Positions 11,340 through 22,831 of a stretch of DNA of 64,000 nucleotides are shown one piece after another. The stretch covers positions 186,001-250,000 of the forward strand of contig CBFDEM010000041.1 in NCBI GenBank assembly GCA_965603825.1, read 5' to 3'. The notes below the pieces were generated by a model that saw only the letters and a list, made by a program, of their open reading frames with translations, ran no database searches and was not told where the DNA came from. Within the stretch, counting starts at the first letter, position 1, and every line of letters begins with the position of its first letter. A program made the position numbers and the translations under genes. Source of the stretch: Blepharisma stoltei ATCC 30299 (lineage: Eukaryota; Protista; Ciliophora).

Positions 11340-11978
11340 ATGTATATCCAGGTGAGCTTTTATGTCCTCCTTGTAGTTGTCAGCTTGTTAATGGTATTGA
11401 AATGGAGACCTCAAGACAAAAATGCCAATATCAAAGTCTATAGCCGAGATCTTATGCTTAGTTATCTCCCAAGTTCCTTGAAGCCTCCTAAAGATTGAAA
11501 ATCAATCGATGAAGCAAAACGTAAGTTCATTAGCAAGAAAACTAAAAAGAAAACTTCGAAACCAAAAGTCTCGAAATCTAAACAAGAGGAAGCAAATGAA
11601 AATAAAGAAAATCTTGTACATGTAGATCAAAATAGCCTAGAGAAGGGAAGTGATTTAAAAAAATCTTATGAAGAGTCAGTTAAAACTTTTGGAAAATTGA
11701 ACACAGAAGCTTATGAAAATTTTATTCAAAAATCCCTTGACCAAAACGATATAAAATCAGCATCCTTTTTCTTAGGTGAAATGGATAATTTGGGTCTTGA
11801 GGTGAAGAGGGCATTGTTAAATTCTTATCTAAGTGTGTATAATTCTCAGAAAAGACCTTTATATACCAGAAATGAGAAAACTTATGCACATGAGTTCCCA
11901 GCAGGGCTGTCTCTTAATCCAAATGCTGCTGAGTTTGTTCCTACTATTAAAATAGCAAATAAAGATATGGTTGAATAA
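11340..11978 (+). CDS. N-terminally anchored protein with eIF4E-binding-like motif, PPR-like repeat and C-terminal PAM2 motif
   Basis: ATG 11340; TM/signal MYIQVSFYVLLVVVSLLMVLKWR; YSRDLML; TGA 11496=W joins the two ORFs in frame; AYENFIQKSLDQNDIKSASFFLGEMDNLG; SLNPNAAEFVP. Confidence 0.7.
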
Positions 11979-12052
11979 GCCATCGCTATGATAAATTATT
12001 TCATTTTAAAAATTTGGAGTTATTAATGTTCTGAATATTTATATTTATTTTT

Positions 12053-12202
12053 TTAATCATTAAGCAGCCCTTCTCTAACTTTTCTTCTCTTTTCGTGACA
12101 ATGTTTCAGCAGAAGAACAGCAATTACAGCAAATAGAATTGAGTTGAGTACAATCCATTCAATCAGAACAGCATTTTCTAAACTTTCATTTTTATCTGCC
12201 AT
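12053..12202 (-). CDS. 49-aa single-pass membrane microprotein
   Basis: MADKNESLENAVLIEWIVLNSILFAVIAVLLLKHCHEKRRKVREGLLND*: a hydrophobic helix followed by a basic stretch, in a GC-elevated island. Below the ORF-track size cutoff. Confidence 0.6.
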   Translation of the reverse strand: MADKNESLENAVLIEWIVLNSILFAVIAVLLLKHCHEKRRKVREGLLND

Positions 12203-12326
12203 CTAGTTAAATATTATCATTTTAGCATATCAACTTTTATATAGGTACGAATATAAACTATTTTGAGAGCTAGAATTTGTTTATAGTAATAAATTTTGAA
12301 TAAAACAATTATTAGTATTTTTATCA

Positions 12327-12896
12327 TTATTCCTTTTCAAGTTCATCTAGCATTTCCAATAATTTCTTTTTCTTTGCAGAAGAAAGGCTTTTCACTCGCT
12401 CATTTATCTTTGTTTCTATCAAAGCATCTTCATTTAAATCTGTTACAGTATCAGGAGAAAATTCTAATCGAGGCGAAACAACAGCTGATCCAGTTGGAGA
12501 GTTTGCTTCAAAGCCTGCAGTCACTGTATTGCTTGGCTGATTTAACACACGCAAAGACCCTGCTGTGGATTCTTGAATATCTGGCTGTCTTTCAATTATT
12601 TCAGTTGGTTTTGCGACATCTGAATTGATGTGATGGTGCTCGTTTCTTTCTGCTTTATGACTTCATCTTTTTCTCATTACAGGAGACTTGCTTCTTTCTC
12701 TTTCTTCTCTTTGTCTGTGCTCCCTAATTCTTATTTCGTTTGCTCCATTCATTAAGAGATGGAATCCTTGCTCTCGTTTTATTAAATGTTCACGGGTTTT
12801 GTTCTGACTTAATTCTCTTAACTTTCTTACCTTGTTTTGATGCTGCAGCTGCTCAAGATACTGGACTTGATTTCTTTTGATGCTATAATATGACAT
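12327..12896 (-). CDS. Short protein resembling the KATNIP (KIAA0556) N-terminal motif
   Basis: YLEQLQHQNK...EQGFHLLMNGAN. TGA 12663=W joins the two ORFs in frame. Confidence 0.55.
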
Positions 12897-13336
12897 TATG
12901 AGAAAGATGAGAAGACATTGATTTTTTATAAGACTAAGAATATAATATCTGTTAAAAAGGAAATGCATAAAATATAGACTCAAAGAAGCTGAGGATATCA
13001 AGTTAAATGGATTTGTTAATAATTTTAAGTGTTTACTGTCTCTATAATAATCTATTATTGGAAAAAGCTTGAAAATATTATATAATAAAATTTAGCAAAA
13101 CATTTATATACTAGCATTCGTTAATTATTTAAAAACATAATTCTTGATAAATAATTAACACAAGGAGGGTTAGATAAAAGCAAGAGAGTAATTAAAAGGG
13201 TTAGTTTTATAATTTCCAATCTTAAAGTTTTTAAAAATACTTCCATAATATAAATTTTATTTATCTGACTAGGAATTAAAAATTGAATATTTTATAGTTC
13301 TGATTTCTATAAAAATTATCGACAATTCTATAAAAT

Positions 13337-14464
13337 ATGGAAAATAGCCAAAGCTCTACAGCTGATATTTGTTCAAAATTAGAAGGAAAGCTTGACCTCC
13401 AAGATATTTCGAAATCTCTTGTTGGAATTCAGGATTCAACTCCTTTTGAACTGTCGCTGGTATCACCAAATGCTACTGACATGATGGATTTAGGCTCGCT
13501 AGATGTGAACAATTTTGGTGTTCATCAATCCCCGCAGCCTTATCTAACTGAAGAAGGTAGCAATTGGCTAATAAATGGTGAGCCCATATCTGATTCAATA
13601 CTTGTTTTCCAAGCAGAAGATCAACATAGTCAAGAAGCAAATCATTTATTAGACCAAGATGTATATGAAGACAGCATGAGCAGCTTCTACAACAGCAGCT
13701 CGTACAGCAGCAGCTCTAACAGCAATACTCAAAGTGTCATTTCCAATGCCAGAGAAGGCAGTATAATTGAAACGAAGCCAAAAAAGAATCTGACTCGATA
13801 TCATCCACATACACTTTTTTTGGCCAAATTTTACTCAAAAGGTAAAATGATTCCCCCTAAAAAAGAGTATATCAGGATCGCTCCAATTCGCTCACACAAG
13901 AAGCTTTTCAGATACATAGAAGTAAACAAGCCCCTCTGCAAAGTTATAAAAGACTTGAATGTGAGAAGTCCTACAGTACTTAAAATAGTAAAAAGATTAA
14001 AAATTCTCTTTGAACAACACAAAGATGATTTTAAAAAAATTTCTAGAACAGAATCAGGGCCAAAGACTGATGGCAGCAAAAAGAATAAAAGACCAGAACA
14101 TAAAAGCTGAAATAATAGTTATATCAAAGAGTATTTTGAAAATCCAGCTGTTTTAGAATCATATCTACTGCATGTTGAGTTGATTTTTGCTGACTGTGAT
14201 ATTAACACTTTAATTAAAAGACTAAACGTTGAGTGCTGTAAGAATGCTGAACATAGCCAAGAATGCGATATTAAATGGGAAGCAATGAAAAAATTTATTT
14301 CTGAAGAAATAATTACTGACTTGGGTGTAAGCATACCTTTTGATACAAATAAACAAAATATATTGACAGGAGTTGAAACGATACCAGCAAGATCACAAGG
14401 CTTTGGTAGCGGTAATATTGAGTCATTCTTGGCGAGCAATCAGGAAATACGGAATTTAATATAA
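13337..14464 (+). CDS. Hypothetical protein (low-complexity Ser-rich N-terminus, basic/Cys-containing C-terminal domain)
   Basis: ORFs 13337-14110 and 14180-14464 join through TGA 14108=W. Motifs PPKKEYIR, SRTESGPKTDG, ECC...H..EC..KW. Confidence 0.7.
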
Positions 14465-14834
14465 ATTAATAAATTTTCAATCAATTAATATTGGACGCAA
14501 TCAAAAATATCATATTTATTTTATTAAGTTTCCAAAATGCTTTTGCTTCTAAGTACAATTCAATATGCTCTATACAATTCACATGCTTTCAGCATCCTAA
14601 TGTCTCTTATATGGATTTTTTCTCATGGGATTGCGATTTAAGCTTTGTAATACTTAATCTAAATCTCCTTAATTGATTATAAATTTAAAAATCAGAATAA
14701 TATACTATTTTTCTGATCTTATTCTGTACATTCATAAATTCATGCATTTATCAATCTGAATTCTTCTATATATATGACATTGATTGAATTTATTATTAAT
14801 TAGAGAACTTTCTTGATAAATTTTATATTTTAAA

Positions 14835-15492
14835 ATGAGCGAAGATTTGTAACATTAACTCAGTGACTGCATTCTCAAAATTCTTACAATAGGCGACTCA
14901 GGAGTTGGCAAAACTTCCCTTATCATGAGATTTGCTGTAACTTTACATCTAGGAAAATTGTTTTTCCCACAACTACATAAGCACTATTGGAGTCGAATGT
15001 AAAAGTAGAACGATCGAGCTAGGAGATAAAAGAGTAAGAATCCAACTATGGGATACAGCAGGCCAGGAAAGATATAGGACTATTACTAGCAACTTTTACA
15101 GGGGTTCTCATGGAATCGCTGTTGCCTATGATGTCACTGATAGAAACTCTTTTAATATGGTCACATCATGACTTGCTGAAATTGCAAAAAACTCTTCTGA
15201 TAACTCTATAACAGTGATCATTGCCAATAAAATTGATATGATAAACCATAGACAAGTGACCGAAGAAGAAGGCAGAAACCTAGCAGAGTCTCACAAACTT
15301 CACTATTTCGAGACCTCAGCCAAAGACGGCAGTGGTGTCGCCGAAGCTTTTAGATTCATGGCCTCCAAAATCGTAGCAAGCATGGAAATAAAGCCTGACT
15401 ACATCAAAAGAAGTAAAGAAAGCTTCATGATCAAAAGAATGGAAAAAGAGCCAGCCAAAAAAGAAAAGTAAACTCTATATAGATGCTGTTAG
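14835..15492 (+). CDS. Rab GTPase (Rab1/Rab8-like; exons 14835-14848, 14864-14936, 14953-15467, 15483-15492)
   Basis: [33 protein letters not shown]-terminal CC. Three micro-introns; TGA 15169 lies at the conserved Rab Trp. Confidence 0.9.
14849..14863 (+). other. 15-nt intron
   Basis: gtaacattaactcag in Rab. Confidence 0.85.
14937..14952 (+). other. 16-nt intron
   Basis: gtaactttacatctag in Rab. Confidence 0.9.
15468..15482 (+). other. 15-nt intron
   Basis: gtaaactctatatag; splicing supplies the terminal Cys-Cys. Confidence 0.88.
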
Positions 15493-15527
15493 GCTAAATA
15501 AATTTATATCTTAAGATAATAACTATA

Positions 15528-17516
15528 ATGTCCGACTCGTCATCTGTCTCTAGCGAATCTTCATCAGAAATCTCTGAAATCTCAGAGCGTCAAGACGAGG
15601 TGGATCCATTTGTCCCACCTCTTCAGCTGCAAAACGAAGATATTCCAGAAAACCTTTCTCTTAAAGCAATTTACAGCTCAGTCCATCAAAAATATTCGTA
15701 TGACCCAAACGAACAAAATAATGAAGAAAACTCGACGTTTGAGACAAAAACCCATCAAGGTCCGATACAACTAATTAAGGTAACTGATTCAGGGACGTTT
15801 GAAGTCTGTAAGAAAGGAGCTGAGTTTCTAAAAGGGATAAAAACGAAAATAGGAGTCGTTTCAATAGGAGGACCGACTAGAAGTGGAAAAAGTTTTGTTA
15901 TGAACCTTTTGGCAAATGGGACTGGATCTGGCTTTGAGGTTGGCAGCAGAGTTGCTGCTTGCACACAAGGGATTTGAATATGGGGAGAGCCTATGCAAGC
16001 AGCAAATATGAGTATCATTTTTCTTGACTCAGAGGGCTGCAAAAGTGTTGAAAAATCAGCAAATCATGACGCAAAAATATTTTCACTGCTTATCTTGCTG
16101 TCTTCAGTATTTATTTATAACTCAAAAGGAGTCATTGATGAGCAGGCGATTAACCAGCTGAGTTTTGCAGCATCTTTATCAGAATTGATATCAACAAGGA
16201 TTACCCCTAGTGACTCAGATGAAGAAATAAAACGGAGATTGGCAGCTTTGTCACCTAAATTTATATGGCTGTTAAGGGATTTTCATTTATCATTAGTAGA
16301 TGAAGAAGATATCCCTATCAGTTCAAAACAGTATATGGACAAAATTCTAACAAATAGGATCTCTATAGGAAGAAATGTGGACAAATATAATAAAATAAGA
16401 GAAGCTATACTTGAAACCTTTATTGACAGGGACTGCATAACACTTCCAAGACCTGTTGAGCAAGAAAAACAGCTTGAAGCGCTTGCCGAGTTTGATTTAG
16501 ACTCACTAAGGCCTAAGTTCAAAAAAAGCTTTGAACAGCTTCAGCTTTCTGCACTTGAGCACTGTCCTCATAAGAAATTTGACGGGCTTGAAATCCAAGG
16601 AAGCAACTTGCTTAGCTTTTTGGAGGAGATGATAAAAGCAATCAACGACGGAATTGCGCCTAATATTAATACAGCCTGAAGCCACGTTATAAAACTCCAA
16701 TATGAAGAGCTTATGACAGATATTAAAAAAAGATATATAAAAGCTAGAGACGTGGAGATACAAAATTTGCCTTATGATGAGTCTGAATTGCTAATTAAAT
16801 TGCAAGCTGCCAAGGATAGGGCACTTGCGTTGCTTTTAGAGGTGCAGCTAAAAGATGAAGCGCTAGAAGAAGGATGCAGAGAAGAGTTTGGAGGGTTTTA
16901 TCATGATGACATTACGTTTACACTTAAAGCAAACCAAGCAGCATCTGAAGCGTTTAATTTGTCATTGATTGAAAAGCTTTTTAGAGATATTTTGGTTGAT
17001 CTTGAGCAAGGAAAGTACTTTGAAACCTTTGATGGTCTTGAAACGGATTGGGCAGTAGCTATGAGAAGATATGAAAAAGAAGCTATTGGGCCTGGAAAGT
17101 TTATTGCGCTAAGCCAATTTTCCAGAAAGCACCAGCATAATGCTTTTGCGAGATATTTTCAAGATATCGCTGATAAGTATGAAGATCAGGTTTTAGAACT
17201 AAGGAAAAAAGAAAAAGAATATGAAGATAGGTTATACGCCACAAGGAAAAGAGATGACGCTGAAACTAAGCAGCTCGTGCTAGCTCATGTAGCACATTTA
17301 GAAAAAGAATTAGGAATTATGGTTGATGAAAGACAGCAGCTTGGCGATATTTTAGGAAGAGTCCAATATGAAATTGCTAATGCATTGTAAGCGATAAATA
17401 GGAAAAAGAAAAAAGAAGAAGAGCAAGAAGAGCCCATAAATCCTGATGACGTCGAAGTTGATATAAAGCCGAAAAAGAAATCGAATTCTAAATCCTGTGG
17501 CTGTGTCCTTTTCTAA
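15528..17516 (+). CDS. Guanylate-binding protein (GBP/atlastin family) with CaaX box
   Basis: GPTRSGKS, TQGI(TGA)IW, LDSEG, WLLRDF, helical tail. Intron 17387-17401; ends KSCGCVLF*. Confidence 0.85.
17387..17401 (+). other. 15-nt intron
   Basis: gtaagcgataaatag; splicing supplies the CaaX exon. Confidence 0.85.
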
Positions 17517-17582
17517 TTAGTCACTGATATTAAATTAGCATATATATTAATAAAAATTAGCTAAAACATCCTTAGTTTAGTC

Positions 17583-19811
17583 TTATTTGCTTGGTCTTGT
17601 TTTGCTACGTGTGAGGTTGTACTGCAGCAAGTAATCTTCTGATTTTTTGATGTATTGAGTTTTAGATCTAGCTACCTCTCTATTATCCTCAGGCAATATT
17701 TCAAAAATCCTAATTATCCAATGCTTAGTAGTATAGACTTCTCTATAATTCTTCAGCTCATAATCTTTAAGTCCAATCTCAGTCTGTCTAACCACATCAT
17801 AGCCAGGTGCTTTTCCATAAGCCCCTCCTACTTGTCCAAATCTGTAATAAGAAAGTCTATACATTAAGCATTTCATCATAGTTTCAGTGGCACCACCATC
17901 CACTCTGTATTGTCCTCTATTTAAGAAATCATCTTCCTTTATATGTGGGAACACTCCTGACGCAATCCTGATCATCCATAAGAACTTATTAATATCATCT
18001 CCTGAATAGTAGCTTAACCCTCCAAAGAGTACAAGTACATAATTAGCGTCTAGTTTCCTTAAAAGCCTAGCTGACTCATCATCATCACTTGCGAAAATCA
18101 TTCCGACAGTGGCAATATGTGTATTATTCCAGGTGTTATTGTCTACCAAAACAGTTCTATTTCCCATTCCAGTAATCTGGTATCCATAATCCCACCATGA
18201 CATAATTTTTGCGTCAGGCTTGGTATTCATCCTAAGCCAGTAATAGGCTTCTCTGTAGTCATCCACAATAATTTTTTCCCCATCATGACCTTTGTGGGAC
18301 ATAATAATGGTAGGTGAAGAATAAGCTTCTGCTCCAACCCACACGCAGTGGTTAATATAAGCAATTACGCTGATAGCTAATATAACCAAAATAGGTATTG
18401 ACAGTTCTAATGGGTAGCCATACTTAGGCTTATGTCCTCTTATTTCTTCTGGGGTGTTATAATAGTCCCACCACTCCCTAAAATGTATAATATGCCTTGC
18501 AAACCTATGAATCGTCTCTGAAAGCCCAATTCCTGCCAAAATGCACAGCGCAGGTGCTAAAACAAGAAGAAGCCTAACCATGACAGATGCAAAATAAACT
18601 GACAGAACTCCATATAACGCAATGAAAAGTTTCCCATTATTATGCTCCATAATGCAATAATAAAACCCAGCAGGGGCTAGGAAAACCAAAATGTGCAAGT
18701 CAAAGAAAAAGCTTGACCAAGTTGTAGGCTGATGCTCAGATACTGATGCAACAATTGGAATGAATTTTTTGGCATAAGTAGGGTCTAATAAAGATAAGCT
18801 TCTTCCAGTCCATTTCATTCTTCCAGTTAACGTCAAAAACAAAGCAACCAATACAATTGCTGTAGCGCTTACTCCTAATACAACTTTTTTCAGGGTGTTA
18901 AACCTTGTTTCGCCTACTTTTTCTTTTATCCATTCGCAGAAATAGTAGACATTTATGAAGATAAAAACTGTATGAGATGGCAAATGCTCGGATGCTGTGA
19001 CTGCTTGGAATCCTATAAATGGAATCTGCATAGCAAGAAGGGTCCCAAGGATATGGAAAGAGCAGTAGCCAATATACGTATTTGTATTGAATCTGCCTAT
19101 CAAGATGAGAACTATAGCAAAAATTGGGATAATGTTGACGATAAATGCATACCCACCCCAGGATGCAGCCATATAGAAGAAAGAAAGTGAAGCCATTCCT
19201 GACCATATCAAGGATCCCTACATTAATCTTACTGTGTTTGCAGCTTTAATCCATAAGTAAAACGTAAAAAGTAATGCGAAAATTGCGACTCCTTCATAGT
19301 CATAGCTCCCAGCTACTGATCTGGAAATATATGATGGCACAATGCTGATAAAGAGTGCGGAAAATAAGCTAGGCTCAGTCTTCCCTGTTACTTCTTTAGT
19401 CAGGAGGTAGCATGCGAGTGCTGTCAAAGCTGAAAAAATAGGTGCCAAGAAGACACAGACGTTCCTTATATCGATTGGAAATGTAAGCAGATTCGCCCAC
19501 TGATGAAGAGCTCCAGCTGTCATCATGATCCCAGGGTAAAGTGTTCCTCCGATGACTCTGCCAAGTGGAAACCATGAATTTGAGTCAAACCAGTTCCAAA
19601 ACTCATAGACGCCTTTTTCAGCCAAGTACCGAGTTGTCCGATAATTGAACCAAGGGTCAAATTCGTGAATGATGCTCTCAAAGCGAATGACCTAAATGAA
19701 AAATACAGAAAACACACGAATCAAGACTGCGATAAGGCAAATCATGACGAGCATGACTATGCGAAGGACTGGAGCCCACCTCTCAATAAATCCTTTGAAG
19801 TTGGATTCCAT
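17583..19811 (-). CDS. STT3: Oligosaccharyltransferase catalytic subunit STT3
   Basis: [46 protein letters not shown]. Introns 19692-19706 and 19218-19232. Confidence 0.97.
19218..19232 (-). other. 15-nt intron
   Basis: gtaagattaatgtag in STT3. Confidence 0.92.
19692..19706 (-). other. 15-nt intron
   Basis: gtatttttcatttag in STT3 (FS|VIRFES). Confidence 0.92.
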
Positions 19812-20022
19812 GTTTTATGGAGAGCTTAATGGGAATCGAATTCTCAAGCCTTAATTAAAGAAAAACAGATAGGGAACTCTATGTAGGAAATTATAATAGT
19901 AAGATTACGTGGAGGCATTTTAGTGCTTTAATATTTTTAATAACAATTATGAATTTAATGAGCTTTACTTTACAGCTGTATTTAAATTATTGCTAGAGGC
20001 TTAATAAATATTTTATATCCAT

Positions 20023-20970
20023 ATGTTTCGTAGAAATGAGCACCGCTTAACAACGCCTCCTGAGCAAGACCATCATCTTTTTGATGATGGAAAAGATGAG
20101 ATGGTAAGCCGGATTGAGTTTCCTCTAAAGCAAGAGATCGTCGTTTTGCATCATAAGTTAGAAAAGCTGACTCACAAATACCAGGAAGCTGAGGAAGATA
20201 GGAAAAAATATATCGATCAAATGACGCTGTAACAATTATTTAGATCTGCAGATCAATTAAAAGGACTTAATGATGAGAACAGGGCTTTAAAAGAGTATAT
20301 TTCGCATTTAAATGATGAAAATATACGGTTACGGCAGTACATTAGTAATGTGAACACGAAAAATAAAAAGCCAAAAGCATTTTCAAATAAGCTCAAATCG
20401 TCTCTTGATGGGTTAAAAGAAGAAATTATCGCATTTCATGATTCCTTTGAGTCTCAAGGAAAAGTTGTAGAAAAATGCTTAGAAAGTCTGGAATTAAATT
20501 TGGACGTTGGGAACAAATTAAGAGATCTAATTGAGTATTATTTAGATGCTTCCAAACAAACTGAATGTCAGATAAAGCGCTTAAATGCAAACGTAAACGA
20601 ACTTTGCAGTGATCCTTGCACTTTTCAAGGCAGAATTGTGATGAAAAAAGATTTATCAGTATCTTATGACTCAAGCTCAAAAAATTTTCCTTCTTTATTT
20701 GATGAGTTGAATACAGCTAATGACAAGTCAGTTGTGCATTCAAACGATAACACAATACCAGAGCACATTATTGAGAAGCTAAACCACTTAGAAACTGTCT
20801 TAGAAGAAATCAAAGACACTTCAGAAGGTCTTCAAAGCGAAAAAAGCAGCCCAATAAAAGAAAGATTCCTGCATCAGTCACATCAAAAAGCTCCTATCAG
20901 CAGATTCCACACTAAACGAAATATCAAAAACATGCTACTTGCACACCACATTACTATTTTCCACGTTTAA
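20023..20970 (+). CDS. Coiled-coil hypothetical protein
   Basis: Two ORFs joined in frame by the 15-nt intron 20229-20243. Confidence 0.7.
20229..20243 (+). other. 15-nt intron
   Basis: gtaacaattatttag. Confidence 0.8.
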
Positions 20971-21039
20971 TAAAACAAGGTATCCTAATTAAAACAGAAA
21001 TTAATTATTTAAAAATGTGAAACTAATTAACTCATTTCT

Positions 21040-22455
21040 CTATTGGCTTTCCAGGACGTGTTTATCTGCTTCAGCTTCTTTAGAGCAAGACATATATGGG
21101 TGAGACTCAAAATAAGGCTGCTCCAATCACTTTCGGAAGATAAAAAGCACAGCAGTTGCTATAAAAGTGATAATAGAAATAAAAAGTCAAACCTTTCAGC
21201 ATTCTCTTTCTCCATCTTCAGGACAATATTCTTCAAGTAGTGGTCCAGCTGTCAGCCCTGTAAAGATATATCCGACTGCTAGAGGGCTTGCAGCAACTGA
21301 TAAAAATACTCCTTCACGTCCTTTGGTGGCAACTTCCATTGTATAGTCAATTATTCTTGGAGCATGAATTGCCTCTCCTAAGCTTACAAAAAATACAAAA
21401 ATGCACACGGTCAAATAACTAGCACCAAATAACAATACTAGTGGTGAGGCAGCAGTAATCAAGCTTCCAAATGCTAATAACGAATAATTATTCATAACAT
21501 AAATCAACATTGTTAAAATCGGAGTAAAAATAATCATTAGGATTTGGTGCAAAGCAATGATATACCCAAAATGAGCCCCATCTTCAATATCACGATACAT
21601 ATAAATAGGCAAGGTAATAGTCAGATGATTATAAACAGCCCTCACAAAGGCAAGAACAAGGCACAATGCTACAAGCCTCCAAAAAGATTTTAATATCAAT
21701 ATAGATCTTAAATGATCCCATGACGATTCTTCTTTTTTATCAATTTTAACAAGTTCTTGTCCTCTATAAGAGTAATCCAACTCTCTTAAAAAAAGTGACA
21801 TGAAAAAAGCGATTCCCATAAAGACTGTAGAAATAATAAAAATAATTCGAAAAGTTGCTTGGTCTTCGTCTCCAAAAGTAAGTATCAAATCTACAGCAAT
21901 TCCTGCTAGAGCGATACTACCATAAAATACCATGGTATATACAGAAAAGCCTAAGCTTCTTGCATCATTTGAGGTGTATTTTTTAATTGCAAGCTTTACA
22001 GCTGGCGGAGTCAATACAAGAGGTACAAGCAATAGAGTCCCTAAAATAAAAAGCTGGATATATTTATCTGTAATAAACACAAGCAATAAAAATCCTAAAA
22101 ACCCACAGCCCATAGAAATAAGCATAGAAATTTTGATTCCGAATCTATCAGGGATACTTGAAAGAGAAATTGTATATATTGCAGCTAGAACACCAGCACA
22201 GCCATATATTAATCCTACCATTGTATCTGAGATATCCTGGACCTCTGACAGATATATTGCCCCACATACTAAAATCATTGAAAATCCTCCAAATCCGACT
22301 GTTTTAACTAGCAGCACCATCCAATAATCATTAGGAGACTCTAATAAGTCTTTGTAGCTTTTTTTATAGTAATCTGACCAAGATGGATCTTTGTAGTCTG
22401 AGTTATCGAGCAAAGGAGCAGAATCATTATCTTTTGAAGGTTTTTCCTCAGCCAT
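21040..22455 (-). CDS. MFS transporter
   Basis: About 12 TM helices and a PDRFGIK motif-A-like loop. Three TGA=W codons (21196, 21187, 21127) extend the frame to a final helix and TAG. Confidence 0.85.
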
Positions 22456-22831
22456 TTTCAAGTTTATTACTTTATTAAGCTAAAAACGTATATCTTGGAC
22501 TGTTCATTTGTCGAAAAATATTAATAATTTAAATAGTATAAGCCTTATACTGATAGAGGCAATAATAAAAATTAGGATACTATTTAATTCCCTTTCATTT
22601 TTTATAATAATTTTGAGATTAAGTATCCACATGAATTTTATTATAGGAAAAAGCAGGAGTCTCGACATTTATTTTATTATCATTTGTATAGTCATGAACA
22701 AGAAATTAATATTTGATACAATAAAGCTATTTGTTATTTTTAATTAATTTGATTTTAAATAAAACTAATTTTAATAATTCCCAAGCTTAAATTACTTAAT
22801 TTTCCCACATTTTCCATATTTATAAATTCAA

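Noticed and set aside
20104-20118. Possible stop-free 15-nt intron gtaagccggattgag
   Set aside because: It has A at position 10, but ends in GAG rather than YAG and is not needed for the frame.
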